DNA of 64,000 bases from Tortispora ganteri (Eukaryota): positions 310,001-374,000 of the forward strand of contig PPNB01000005.1 in the NCBI GenBank assembly GCA_003707115.1, read 5' to 3'. Below are positions 40,844 to 51,555 of the stretch, piece after piece (position 1 is the first letter of the stretch; every line of letters begins with the position of its first letter). Both the position numbers and the translations under genes were made by a program. The notes under the pieces were generated by a model that saw only the letters and a program-made list of their open reading frames with translations, was not told the origin of the DNA and did no database searches.

Positions 40844-42292
40844 TTAGGGTCTAAAGCTTTCGCGGTATACCTGAAACTCTGGCGGGCATGGCGCTACTGC
40901 GTTAGTGTCATTAAAAAGGAAGTTGAAGACTTCCTGGACATCTGGGATATAAAAAATATCGCTTGTATCCATACTATGATTGTGATCTTTGTAGAACTGT
41001 TCATTCTCTGCGGCGACTGCATCGGCAGCTTTGTCCATAAGCTGGTGTAGTTTGGGATCTGTCCAGATGTAGTCTGCGACGCCGGTAATGCCTGAACCTG
41101 GGTACACAAGTAGACAAGTGAGTTCTGGTAAGCGTGCAAAAGAGTCCGTGATAGGGTACTGTTCGCGCAGAAGTTTTGCACGTTGAGCGGCGACAGTAAC
41201 GCGAAGGTTTGGATCGGTCTCTTGTGTAGGGTCATTTTGGTGTGAAATGTCGAGTTTGTAGTAATCGATAAGTTTCTGTGTGCGTTTGAAGTAATTGTAG
41301 GGGTGTAAATACTGGTAATCGTCGTTATAGTGGCTCATATCGCATTTATTTTGTTCTTCGGTTAGACTCTGGCGTTCATCGAGATCTAGCGAAGTAATCG
41401 GGTATGTAGCAGGGCGTTGTATTTTTCTAGAGCGATTGCTGAGGTTAGCGAGGTCTTTAGTCAGCCAAGGGTTCTTGCTGGTAGCCACAATATGGTAAAG
41501 AAAGTTATTAATTTCCATGAAAGGTTCCCTACGGTGAAGTGACTCGAGCAGATGACGCCAGGAGGGCGCATCGAGTGGTGTAAAGGGAGCTTTGCAGATG
41601 GAGCAAGGAGTATCATGTGGGTTCGAGATCGGCATATAGTCAGGGCATGGGTTTGAGGTGATTTCACTAAGCGCGATTTGTAAGTTGTGGAAGAGTTTCA
41701 AGAAATGAAGTTTTTCGAAGTTAGGCGGGTATATTGGATTCGGACAGATGCCAAATAGGTTACAAGCATCGCAACGTCTGAAGTAGTAAATTACATAGAG
41801 CATGACAGCACAGAATGCATTCAAATTGTGGTTAAATCCAGCAAGAAGGGATCTATTATTGTTAAATGCAATACGAATAGTATCAGCGACAAGAGCTAAC
41901 CTTGCTTGTAAAGACAGGTCGTTAAAGAGATTGGTAGATATATGAAACGATGATTTCTTGTCAATAGATTGTGAAAGATCGACAATTAAAATCCAAGTAT
42001 CTTCAGTTGGTTCATTATTCTCAACAATTTCAAATATTTTATCGATTGTCAAGAGTGCATTTCTTTCTTTTTCGTATTTAATTGCTAGTTCTTCCTGCTG
42101 GATGAGCTTGTTACTGATATAAGTACTTAGCGCCACCATTTGTTCTAACATTTGTGATTTGTTGTTTATAGCACATCCATGAATTAAATCTATTAAACGA
42201 TAGAATTCAAAATACACTTTCAATAAATTTGGTACAAGATTCTTTTTTGCGATATCCAAATCCTTCAAAAAGGCTTCACCTGGATACGCCAT
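40844..42292 (-). CDS. Orphan 482-aa protein with two CxxC pairs
   Basis: Long ATG-initiated ORF filling the whole TAF13-KSH1 gap; no family recognised. Confidence 0.7.
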   Translation of the reverse strand: MAYPGEAFLKDLDIAKKNLVPNLLKVYFEFYRLIDLIHGCAINNKSQMLEQMVALSTYISNKLIQQEELAIKYEKERNALLTIDKIFEIVENNEPTEDTWILIVDLSQSIDKKSSFHISTNLFNDLSLQARLALVADTIRIAFNNNRSLLAGFNHNLNAFCAVMLYVIYYFRRCDACNLFGICPNPIYPPNFEKLHFLKLFHNLQIALSEITSNPCPDYMPISNPHDTPCSICKAPFTPLDAPSWRHLLESLHRREPFMEINNFLYHIVATSKNPWLTKDLANLSNRSRKIQRPATYPITSLDLDERQSLTEEQNKCDMSHYNDDYQYLHPYNYFKRTQKLIDYYKLDISHQNDPTQETDPNLRVTVAAQRAKLLREQYPITDSFARLPELTCLLVYPGSGITGVADYIWTDPKLHQLMDKAADAVAAENEQFYKDHNHSMDTSDIFYIPDVQEVFNFLFNDTNAVAPCPPEFQVYRESFRP

Positions 42293-42324
42293 TGGTAAAA
42301 GCTAACTTCTACAAACACAACACC

Positions 42325-42589
42325 ATGGTATGTTTGACTACTTAAAAAAAGAAAAATTAATCATTTACTAACCAATTAGAGTGCTATTTTCAATTTTCAG
42401 TCATTGCTTATTGTTCTTATACTTATAATATGCACCGCCACTTATGCGCATAGTCTTGTTCCATCACTTATTGATCGTAACAAAACTGGTCCCTTAGGCG
42501 TCCTCTGGAAAGCAGCTCGCATAGGTGAACGACTTAGCCCTTACGTATCTTTATGTTGTATTGCGATGGCTATTTCTATGCTAATGTAG
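42325..42589 (+). CDS. KSH1: Protein kish; join(42325..42327,42380..42589), 70 aa
   Basis: [23 protein letters not shown]...[18 protein letters not shown]; intron 42328..42379 GTATGT...TACTAAC...TAG. Confidence 0.93.
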
Positions 42590-42602
42590 GGCAAGTGAAT
42601 CT

Positions 42603-44630
42603 CTAAAAAACATCATCACGGCCAGTTACCATCCGTTTAGCGACATCACTACCTACTATTCTTTCAAGTTTCAGCGAATCATATCGTGAGAAGATCGCTC
42701 GCACTTGACCAGACTCCCAATCAACGCCTTGCAAGCGATTGTTCTGCTCTACCATCGACAAAAATTCACAGAAATATAGCGGATTGCTCGGAAGACTGTA
42801 CATCACCACTTTGCGTACACCTTTCAACATGTAGCGCCGGTAGTGGTGAGCTCTCCATGTGTATAGTAGTACATGCTTGCGACCGTCTGCGAACAATGTC
42901 CGTGCTCGAGCAATATCTGCACCAGAAGAGTACTCTGACACACTTTCAAAACTTGGCAACCCTACACTGTTCTTCTTCATGTAGTTCCGTAACCGAACAA
43001 AGTCAATATAGTCAGGCACAACAACAACTACACCAGATCCTGGTTGCTCTCTGATCGGTGCAGTCCGCGAAATACTCGGCATAATTACGCTAGTGAAGTG
43101 TTTGAATCTCACATCTGGCTCGTCAATGATACTAATCCCTGTGCGTCCACCAATTCGTTCGTACTGAACTTTTATGGTCCCTGCAATATCCTTGTCAAAT
43201 ACAGGCTTGAACTTTTGTTTCCCGCTCACGTTATTGCATCGATTATGTAGCGCATTTATTTCTGGAGTGATATATTCTGACAATATAATAGTTTGTCGCA
43301 TCTCGTCTGCCTTTTCGTCGAGATAGAATGTCCGCACACGGCTAAAATCACAACCATGTGGTTTTTCGGGCATTTTATTCATGTATTTGAAAATATGCAT
43401 CAAATGTGACCAATTCTGTTCAGCAATTGCATGTATATAGTCGACTACACATACTTCAATTGACGATAAAAAGTCGTGATCGTGTCTTTTACGCGCGGCA
43501 GTATCATCACCGTCTTCGTCACTGATCGCTAGTCTCAACCCTAGAGCCGAACCAATTATTATGTCTGAACTGTAGAAATCAGAATATAATTTTGCTGCTT
43601 TTCTGGTCAATTTGATTCCTAAACGGAAATTATCGTCAGTATTGCCTCCAAATAGAAACTGGAAATCTTCAGGTTTTCGTTTCACAAGGTCAGGTGTTTC
43701 GCTGTCGAACTCATTCGTAAACCGTTTGTGGTTCTCAACTTGATCTGGGTTTAAGATCTTTAATAAATCTTCAACAATATCATAACAGAATTTCCTTGTA
43801 GGCACAATGATCAAGATTCGGGGTCTTGTAAAACCTTGGTCTCTTAGTTCTAAATCTGAATTCATTGTCAGTTTCTCGTTGTTTTTCATGATTGTCTTTC
43901 TTGTTTTAATTATATGATTCAAGCAATGCAGAATGTACAATTTTCTAATTTCAGATTGATTGCGATAAGTCTCAGGAGTAAATAGAATGTCTTTGTAACC
44001 GCATATCAAAGGAGCAAGTCGTTTTTGTAATTTAGTAAGTTCACCATTTAATAAGTTAAATGGTTCACGAAGTTTCTCACGTATAAACAATGAAGACAAA
44101 GATTTTGCATTAAGTTCTGATATTGATTCATTGTTAAAACGTCTAAAAGGATCTGATGATTCTTCAATATCAGAATCAGGTTCATTTTCAGATTCTTGAA
44201 TATCATCAAGACTTTCGACATCATTTTCATCAAGATTTTCGTCATTATCATCATCTTTAAGATCGAGATCGATCTTGTCTTGATTCTCGTCAAAATTCTT
44301 AACTTCTTGACTCTCATCACTTTCTTCTGCATCGCTATCTTCATAATCACCTTCTTCTTCATCGCTATCTTCATAATCACCTTCTTCTTCATCACTATCT
44401 TCATAATCACCTTCTTCACAAATCATACCCATTAAATCATTAAAAGAATTCAAATCACCTCCTATTTTCACCTTCTTCTTTACAATCTTCACCACAGGCT
44501 CGGGAACAGGCCGTTTCTCCCTCCTTATATGATCACCATTCTCTCGTCGTTGCCGCTTCCATTGATCCGGATCTGATCCTGGAGCTCGCCGTATAAACCG
44601 TGCCTTTTCTCGACCTCTACGGCTACTCAT
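42603..44630 (-). CDS. UTP25: U3 snoRNP-associated protein Utp25
   Basis: LRDQGFTRPRILI, GNTDDNFRLG, YSDFYSSDIII, DFLSSIE, HGCDFSRVR. Confidence 0.93.
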   Translation of the reverse strand: MSSRRGREKARFIRRAPGSDPDQWKRQRRENGDHIRREKRPVPEPVVKIVKKKVKIGGDLNSFNDLMGMICEEGDYEDSDEEEGDYEDSDEEEGDYEDSDAEESDESQEVKNFDENQDKIDLDLKDDDNDENLDENDVESLDDIQESENEPDSDIEESSDPFRRFNNESISELNAKSLSSLFIREKLREPFNLLNGELTKLQKRLAPLICGYKDILFTPETYRNQSEIRKLYILHCLNHIIKTRKTIMKNNEKLTMNSDLELRDQGFTRPRILIIVPTRKFCYDIVEDLLKILNPDQVENHKRFTNEFDSETPDLVKRKPEDFQFLFGGNTDDNFRLGIKLTRKAAKLYSDFYSSDIIIGSALGLRLAISDEDGDDTAARKRHDHDFLSSIEVCVVDYIHAIAEQNWSHLMHIFKYMNKMPEKPHGCDFSRVRTFYLDEKADEMRQTIILSEYITPEINALHNRCNNVSGKQKFKPVFDKDIAGTIKVQYERIGGRTGISIIDEPDVRFKHFTSVIMPSISRTAPIREQPGSGVVVVVPDYIDFVRLRNYMKKNSVGLPSFESVSEYSSGADIARARTLFADGRKHVLLYTWRAHHYRRYMLKGVRKVVMYSLPSNPLYFCEFLSMVEQNNRLQGVDWESGQVRAIFSRYDSLKLERIVGSDVAKRMVTGRDDVF
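44330..44417 (-). repeat. 30-bp coding tandem repeat x3 (EEGDYEDSDE) in Utp25 acidic region
   Basis: CATCRCTATCTTCATAATCACCTTCTTCTT units on + strand. Confidence 0.9.
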
Positions 44631-44769
44631 ACGTCCCTAATTCCTTTCTCGTCTTGTAAGAAGAAAAACAGTAATTTCCTATTCACAACTGAGAAATAAA
44701 TCAGGGTTAGGGTATTAAACTTACATCTACCTACTTTTTTTTTCCTTTTCCCTACAATATCTCTTAACT

Positions 44770-45699
44770 ATGAGTTTTATACAGCTGACACAGCCAAGTG
44801 GTACGTTTGGCGCCGGCGGATCTGTGGGAATTCCGCTTACTGTTACTGTTCACCCGCAAGTCGTCTTCTCGATCCTTGATCATGCCATTCGCCACGAACA
44901 AGGTCAGACGAAAGTCATCGGTACACTCCTTGGTATCCGTTCAGATGACGGTTCAGAACTCGAGATAAAGACCGCATACGGTGTGCCTTATGTTGATAGC
45001 AGCGAAGAAGGCGAGTTCCGCATGGATATGGACTATAACCAGCATATGTACACCCTCCATCAGAAGATCCAACCTAGCGAAGTAGTTATCGGCTGGTACA
45101 GCAACTTCTCCGAGATGAACCCTCTAGCTTTTCTCGCACAAGGATTCTACGGCGAGCGCACACGTCCTTTCTCGCCTGTTTATCTCAGTGTCGACACCAT
45201 ACCAGGTCAGCCTTTCTCTTTACAGGCTTACGTATCCTCCAAAATCGGTGCTGGCTCTATACGGCCACTGATTGCCGAAGACGGCTCTATCCAGCCATTA
45301 AAGACTACTGTCTTTGAACCTGTTCACACTGTTCTTAAAGAAAACTCTTTAGTTGATGCTGCAGGCTTTGCGCAAGTTTATGAGGGCGCAAAGTCATCTT
45401 CGGGCGCTGCCCAGGTTATGTCAGATCCTAAACGCCTCCAAGAATCAATCGAAACTGTCCTGGAAATGGTCGAACGCGTCAAACGATACGTTAACGACGT
45501 TATCCAGGGCAATGCACCTCCACGCATCAATGTCGGTAAGTACTTGTTCGCCGCGCTCGCTACTAAACCTAAAGTAGATCCCGAGTCCGTCGAACAGATG
45601 ATCACCTTACACCTTCAAGACGTACTCATGACTGTCTACCTCGCCAATGCGGTCAAGGCGCAAATAGATCTCTCTCAAAAACTCGTTTCTACGATTTAA
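44770..45699 (+). CDS. EIF3F: Translation initiation factor eIF3 subunit f (MPN domain)
   Basis: VHPQVVFSILDH, VIGTLLG, EVVIGWY, HLQDVLMTVYLANAVKAQIDLSQKL. Confidence 0.85.
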   Translation: MSFIQLTQPSGTFGAGGSVGIPLTVTVHPQVVFSILDHAIRHEQGQTKVIGTLLGIRSDDGSELEIKTAYGVPYVDSSEEGEFRMDMDYNQHMYTLHQKIQPSEVVIGWYSNFSEMNPLAFLAQGFYGERTRPFSPVYLSVDTIPGQPFSLQAYVSSKIGAGSIRPLIAEDGSIQPLKTTVFEPVHTVLKENSLVDAAGFAQVYEGAKSSSGAAQVMSDPKRLQESIETVLEMVERVKRYVNDVIQGNAPPRINVGKYLFAALATKPKVDPESVEQMITLHLQDVLMTVYLANAVKAQIDLSQKLVSTI

Positions 45700-45756
45700 C
45701 TCTATGTCTAACTACAAAATATTCATCATAATGTTTCCCATTCATTACTCATCATC

Positions 45757-48276
45757 TCATATATCCTTCTTGCATTCCCATTCTGCAAAAACACACCATG
45801 AAACTGACTCATCTGCAAGTACAAGTCCTCTCCAAATACCAGTTTCTGTGCATTTAATAACTGTCTCCCATATCCCATCTTCTCCAGAAATGCCTGGTTT
45901 CCGTGTCAGCTTGTGAGTCGTCCCTGAAGGGCTTCGAATATTCACTTTAGCAGCTTTCCTCGCCACATAGCCGTTAGATTTCTCAGAAGAGTGCTCTTTG
46001 AACGAAAAGATAACTGATGTACCTGTCATGATCTCATAGCTTTGAGGTTTTGAAACATAGATATCGTAATTCAGCGCATACGGCGTCAAGTGACGTTGCA
46101 CAAACTTGAACCCGACTGATTCTCCAATATGCGTCAACGGGAATGCCATTGCTAACAATTTTGACTGTATCGACCCGAGCGACCGTTTCATAATCCGCTT
46201 GTCAAATGCATAAACTTTCAGTACACCTTGGCGTGTCTTTGGTGGTAGTAGAGCTTTGACTCTATAGTACTTAGCCCCATCTCTCCAAAATGGCTGTGCT
46301 AAAGAATACCCTTCAGCAAGTGGATAATGGGTCGTTCTATTTTCGAGACCATAATAAGGCCGTGAAAGCTCTATCTCCGAACTGCAATACACAGATGCAG
46401 GTACTTTAAAATCAATTTGTGCAATGTCAAGATCACGAAGACGCGTATCGGCCCCAGAAAAATCAACTAATTCCATATTATTCTGAAAGTACGCTGGACC
46501 AGCAACTGGCAGAGACAAAAGTACGGCGTCTGATTTCGGCGGTCTCAACATCTGCATGCTAGGAACATTGGGTACATGTGAGAAAATGCACTGTGTTGGT
46601 TTGGCTAAGAAGTAAAAGTCAAGTGCCTGCTTAGAATCAGAATTGTAAAATAACACACGATTCTTGAATGTATAGTTGGCTAATGTGGCATCCATAAGCC
46701 GCCAAGTATTATTAATAAGCACAGCATTCCAAAAATGATCGCACATAACACCCATAGGTTTGTCATAAAGCTCACCAGGTTTCTTTAAGTAACCTGATAC
46801 AACATGACAAGTTATATCGCATACCTGACATAACTCTTGAACAAGGTGCGCTACATCTCGAGCATTTCCGCGCAAATTCCTTAACGTTAAAGTAGTCGCA
46901 TCCCTGACCATTTCGGCTGGAATAGAGTTCTCGATGAACAATTTCTCGGAACAGAAAGTGAAAATAAATCGCAAAAAAGCTAACTCGTTATCAAATTGAG
47001 AAAGAAGAAAAGTTTTGGCAAAAGAGTATGGAGTCATTAAGGGAGGGATACCAGACAGTTTCCGTACCCGTTTGTCAATCGTAGCTAAATAATCATCATT
47101 GAGGCGCAGAGAATCTGAGCAAACAATGTCTGTAGCATCTTTGATGAGGTTACATGGATATTCCACCAGGAATCCTTGCAGAGCTTCTCTTGATACCCTG
47201 ATCTTTGCTTCAGCTTCAGTGTAAGAATTGGCACGATTCAGTAAACGTTGGCTCTGAATCCATTGGAATGACATCGACGAAGAGTTAGAGGGGTTTAAGG
47301 GAGTATGTAAAGGAAGAGAGCTATTTTTCTTCAAGGTGGCTTTCTGCAAAGTAGGTACATTGCCAGATCCATCTGAAGTTTCTGAACCAGTATCTGTTTC
47401 AATAGAACTGCGGTGTAGAGCTAAGTTGTCGTTGGACGCTAAAGACACCACTTGACCGTCTCCATAAGACGCATAGTCAATTCCAAGCAATTTCTTTATA
47501 AATCCAGTTGACTTTTTCAGTTTCACTTTAGTACTAGATTTCCCACGCTGCATGGTCACAGGCGGAAGAGATGTAGGAGTCACAGCTTCAGCGTAGCTAG
47601 GCATTTTCTTCTTTGAATCAATTATCTCAGTTTCGAATACATCTAAATTGTCGGTGGTATAGCGAGTATCTGAAGGTATCCCACCTGTGGGTATATCCTG
47701 CAACAATGACTGATTAGCGGTCGTCGGTAATTGTTTTGTGGACATTTTCAACGACAGGTTGATGTCTGATACCGAGAAGTTTTCTAGCAGCTCGTCAATC
47801 TCTGCCTCCAAAGAATCTTTAGCGACGTTGTTATGAATACGATTATCGGATTTCGAGTAAGATATTTTATGTGGCGGAGGTAATGGAGGTAGCATACTGT
47901 CAGTAGTCTCCGTTTTCATGTTCGGAATAGAATACGAAATAGACATTGAATGAGGCTCAAAGTTTGTATTACTTCTTCTGATTTTTGATTGATAGAAGTG
48001 CGATTCCGGCCCATTGTTATTCGATATTTCAAAAGCACTTTGCGATCGAGGTACTAACTCAAATTCTTCGCCTGTTGACTGTATACGTTCCACGAAATTG
48101 GAAGGAAACAAACCAATTGCTCTGTTTCTTTTCAGTCTTCCTGTCCACCACAATCCATCGCCTGTAGATAAGCATTCGATCAAATCACCCTCAACAAACC
48201 CAAGATCGCGTTCTTGTTCGCCACTCCATGAGAATTTAGCCTTACACCAAAATGGACAGCGAGTAGGTAAAGACAT
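45757..48276 (-). CDS. CYK3: Cytokinesis protein Cyk3 (SH3 plus transglutaminase-like domain)
   Basis: SH3 WSGEQERDLGFVEGD...WWTG...GLFPSNFV; GYLKKPGE, HFWNAV, WRLMD; C-terminal WCVFAEWEC. Confidence 0.9.
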   Translation of the reverse strand: MSLPTRCPFWCKAKFSWSGEQERDLGFVEGDLIECLSTGDGLWWTGRLKRNRAIGLFPSNFVERIQSTGEEFELVPRSQSAFEISNNNGPESHFYQSKIRRSNTNFEPHSMSISYSIPNMKTETTDSMLPPLPPPHKISYSKSDNRIHNNVAKDSLEAEIDELLENFSVSDINLSLKMSTKQLPTTANQSLLQDIPTGGIPSDTRYTTDNLDVFETEIIDSKKKMPSYAEAVTPTSLPPVTMQRGKSSTKVKLKKSTGFIKKLLGIDYASYGDGQVVSLASNDNLALHRSSIETDTGSETSDGSGNVPTLQKATLKKNSSLPLHTPLNPSNSSSMSFQWIQSQRLLNRANSYTEAEAKIRVSREALQGFLVEYPCNLIKDATDIVCSDSLRLNDDYLATIDKRVRKLSGIPPLMTPYSFAKTFLLSQFDNELAFLRFIFTFCSEKLFIENSIPAEMVRDATTLTLRNLRGNARDVAHLVQELCQVCDITCHVVSGYLKKPGELYDKPMGVMCDHFWNAVLINNTWRLMDATLANYTFKNRVLFYNSDSKQALDFYFLAKPTQCIFSHVPNVPSMQMLRPPKSDAVLLSLPVAGPAYFQNNMELVDFSGADTRLRDLDIAQIDFKVPASVYCSSEIELSRPYYGLENRTTHYPLAEGYSLAQPFWRDGAKYYRVKALLPPKTRQGVLKVYAFDKRIMKRSLGSIQSKLLAMAFPLTHIGESVGFKFVQRHLTPYALNYDIYVSKPQSYEIMTGTSVIFSFKEHSSEKSNGYVARKAAKVNIRSPSGTTHKLTRKPGISGEDGIWETVIKCTETGIWRGLVLADESVSWCVFAEWECKKDI

Positions 48277-48455
48277 CTAGCTGAATTCGGTTTAAACAAT
48301 AAATAAAACAGTGAAGGTAAATGATTAGATCTCTGTTTAGGTGTTGCCCAATATAGACACTATTTATCCCAAAGCCTTTGAGCCGCACTGTAACTATGAC
48401 AACAAATCTACTAAATTTAGCTGTACAGGTAACTTGTTTACCACTTCATGACTTG

Positions 48456-49463
48456 ATGGCTATTTGCGGTCGCCTCAATTTACGGCGGCTATTCAGTAGT
48501 GGAACTACGTCCAATTTTCGAGTTCTTTTTTTTGGCACGTCATCATTTGCTGTACCGAGCTTAGAGGCGCTTAGCGTAGCGGGATGCGATCTGACATTGG
48601 TCACTCGGTCACCCAAACGGACCGGAAGAGGTAATAAACAACTGAAAGTGAGTGCTACTGAAGAATCAGGTATTGTTAACAATATTGTGTATATTGATAA
48701 GCCTAGTGAATTTATGAGATTGCGTTCTGTTTATGATCTAATAGTCGCAGTGTCGTACGGAATGTTGATACCGTCACAGGTCATTGACAGGTCGCGATTC
48801 GGCGGTCTCAATGCGCACCCATCAATTCTTCCTAGATATCAGGGAGCTTCTCCGATCCAATATACTATACTTAATCAGGATCCAGTTTCTGGCGTTTCTA
48901 TACAAACTCTCGATCCGTTTGACTTCGACAAGGGTCAGGTGCTAAGGTACAGTGATCTGATCTCGGTAGACGAGAGGGAGAACAGCATTTCACTAGCAGA
49001 GAAGCTTATAAGACCTGCAGCTACGATGCTGAGAGAAACGGTTAAGTTAATAGAAAAGACAAACTCGTTGGCTGTCTCTGCAGAACAGGAATCAGAGAAC
49101 GGACGTATTCTAGAAGAGTACAAGCGGAGAATGCAATTGACTGATATTAGCTCTAAAACGAAGAAAGTGACTGCAGAAAGTGCCAAAGCCGACTTTAATA
49201 AACCTGCTGAGCATCTAGATGCGCAATACAGGGCTTTTGGCAAGCTTTGGGGATCAAAAAAGGACGGCTCGAGGGTGCTGTTAGAAGTAGAAGGCTGTGA
49301 TAATCTGGGCCAAGGTTACGCGCCTGGAACCTTTTTTATGGCCAGAGATAATGTATATATTAAGGCGGGAACAGGGTCCGTGAAAGTTACGCGAATAAAA
49401 CCTGAAGGAAAACAGTTTATGGACGCGCAAAACATGTATGCGAAGATCGGTAGTCTCTGGTAG
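48456..49463 (+). CDS. FMT1: Mitochondrial methionyl-tRNA formyltransferase
   Basis: FFGTSSFAVPSL, VAVSYG, NAHPSILPRYQGASPIQ; presequence-like MAICGRLNLRRLFS at ATG 48456. Confidence 0.92.
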   Translation: MAICGRLNLRRLFSSGTTSNFRVLFFGTSSFAVPSLEALSVAGCDLTLVTRSPKRTGRGNKQLKVSATEESGIVNNIVYIDKPSEFMRLRSVYDLIVAVSYGMLIPSQVIDRSRFGGLNAHPSILPRYQGASPIQYTILNQDPVSGVSIQTLDPFDFDKGQVLRYSDLISVDERENSISLAEKLIRPAATMLRETVKLIEKTNSLAVSAEQESENGRILEEYKRRMQLTDISSKTKKVTAESAKADFNKPAEHLDAQYRAFGKLWGSKKDGSRVLLEVEGCDNLGQGYAPGTFFMARDNVYIKAGTGSVKVTRIKPEGKQFMDAQNMYAKIGSLW

Positions 49464-49476
49464 TAGATCGACTCTA

Positions 49477-50088
49477 CTAGATTTGACCAGGACTTCCAAC
49501 GAGTTTTTCAAAATCTTTTTGCGGAAGGTTACGTATAAGCACGTGAAAATGTGGTATAGCTTTCACGGACTGGAGAGCAGACCAGTTGCGGAACCATAAC
49601 ACATCCTGCGGGTCTTTGTTTAGTGCTGACACGAAAGTTCGGTGTACATACGCGTCAATTTTGGATCTACCTTCGTCGGTAATATCACCATTGCTGGAGA
49701 CATGTGGTATTTTCGCTTTAGTCCAGACAACTAAATGCGTTATACTTGGATCGATCGCATAAGGGAAATCGTTCGGCAGTATTTTGACATCGGCAGGGTC
49801 CGCTAGAAGTTCAGGATTAGATGCTCTAATGTCGGACCATCCAAGTTTAGCCAAAATGCTTTTTGAGATATCTGGATTCTGTTTCTTCCATATGTAGTAG
49901 CTCCAGAGACAGTCTGGAGTCCTTCGGAAATCCTCAAGTCTATTTTCGCGAATCACAAGTTTCGCATTGCCCCAGTCCATTGTCTCGGTAACCAATTGTC
50001 CCGTGATTATTTGTTTATCTCTATCGGGCACAAGATTCCAGTCGATTCCGTGTAATTGGGCATATTCTATAGCGGTAGCTTCATCCAT
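49477..50088 (-). CDS. DUF3605 family HIT-like protein
   Basis: NDFPY, HLVVWTK, WFRNWSALQSV, HFHVL; first ATG at 50088. Confidence 0.8.
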   Translation of the reverse strand: MDEATAIEYAQLHGIDWNLVPDRDKQIITGQLVTETMDWGNAKLVIRENRLEDFRRTPDCLWSYYIWKKQNPDISKSILAKLGWSDIRASNPELLADPADVKILPNDFPYAIDPSITHLVVWTKAKIPHVSSNGDITDEGRSKIDAYVHRTFVSALNKDPQDVLWFRNWSALQSVKAIPHFHVLIRNLPQKDFEKLVGSPGQI

Positions 50089-50223
50089 ATGGTGCAAGTA
50101 CAAGTCAAACACGCGACGGGAGTGGAGAGGCCAGTTGGGTCTACATAACTCAACACTGCCACTACAATCTACTAAATACACAAACACCTCAAATTTGTAA
50201 ATATTCAGCTACGGTACACCGGT

Positions 50224-50908
50224 TTACTGGGTAAGCCCAATAACACCACAGGCAGGACGGGTACCAGCATGACCAGTGGTGAGTGAATCCTCAAAGCCAC
50301 CTTTGCCGTAGTCGTCAGTGCCCGAGTGAACAACAAGAGTGCGTCCGATAATCGACTGGGGACCGAAAAGCTTAATAAGAGGGTCAGATTTAGTTCCCTT
50401 ACCGACTCCCTGGGCATCGGTAGCGAAGTTTCCAAGATCGCCAACGTGCCTGTTCTCATCAGTAGGTGCACCATGCTGCTTCTTAAATGGATTGAAATGA
50501 GGGCCAGCAGAAGTACAACCGTTGGTGTTATCACCGAACTCGTGAACATGGAATGCACGCTCAGCGTTAGGATCGTTACCGCTAATTTCCCATGTGATGA
50601 TGGTCTCAGCGGACTCAGTAGCCTGCTCAAAAGTGACTACGCCTTTGACGTTAGAGTCTCCACGGACAACAGCAACTGTTCAGTTAGTCAATGAACTTTA
50701 AAGAAAGACATAAAGGGGAATTGAAATAAAAAGGTACTATCGCATACATATATGCCTATAATCGCACCTTGTTGGATCGCTATCAGGTTACCGGCAAGGT
50801 GCGCAAACCAACCGAAAGCCTCTTATTTCGAAGGTTCTTAGCGACAATTGTATTTATACTTGGATAAAAACGCGAACCAGTTTTAAGAAACTTACCTGCT
50901 TTAACCAT
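50224..50908 (-). CDS. SOD1: Cu/Zn superoxide dismutase; complement join(50224..50675,50896..50908), 154 aa
   Basis: [16 protein letters not shown]...[22 protein letters not shown]...RHVGDLGN...RPACGVIG; intron 50676..50895 GTAAGT...GACTAAC...CAG. Confidence 0.97.
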
Positions 50909-51555
50909 TTTCTTAGTATGATTCCTTTACAAAGTTACAAAACAAATACGCTTGTTAGAACAATAGGAAGGCAAATGGCATCTTTTTGCCGACCGGGGGG
51001 CTTCTTATATAGCTCTGGTAAATGTGGAATCATTGCCGTTTATTGGTCAACATTAAGTATTAAAGTGTTTAAGTTAAGCTTTCTAAGTGATCCCATCGAT
51101 ACTACTTTAGGTAAATATGATGACTAAAATCGTGGTTCTTAACTGTATTTCAGCGACAACGCTATAGTCATTTTTCAAACTTTCAATTTAGTATTTTAAT
51201 CACATTTTAACTGCATCCTGAACAAAAAAATAAGTAGAAAATAAATTACCTGACACTCATATTTGACATTCTCTGTCTTACAAGCATTCCATTCTCATAT
51301 TGTGGCACACACATCGCCAAAACTAGGAATGCGGCTCTTCACATAGCAACCACACCTTCTATTGTTGACATTACATCCACCAAACCGAGCTACGCTAATT
51401 CTTTAGATCCTAAATCACGCCAATCACTATCAAAAAGTACAATTTGGCGTTGTTTTGTATTTTATATCTAACGTATTTATTTTGATTTACATGTTGGTCG
51501 ATTTTCGGCTCTGATCGATCACGTTATCTATCGCTACTGTACTATTAATTGGCCA

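Noticed and set aside
50205..50630. 141-aa minus-strand ORF
   Set aside because: Alternate frame of SOD1 exon 2; the spliced SOD1 frame explains the region.
50760..50810. TPP riboswitch in the SOD1 intron (ACCTGAT resemblance)
   Set aside because: No CUGAGA motif or remaining aptamer elements, and the host gene is not thiamine-related.
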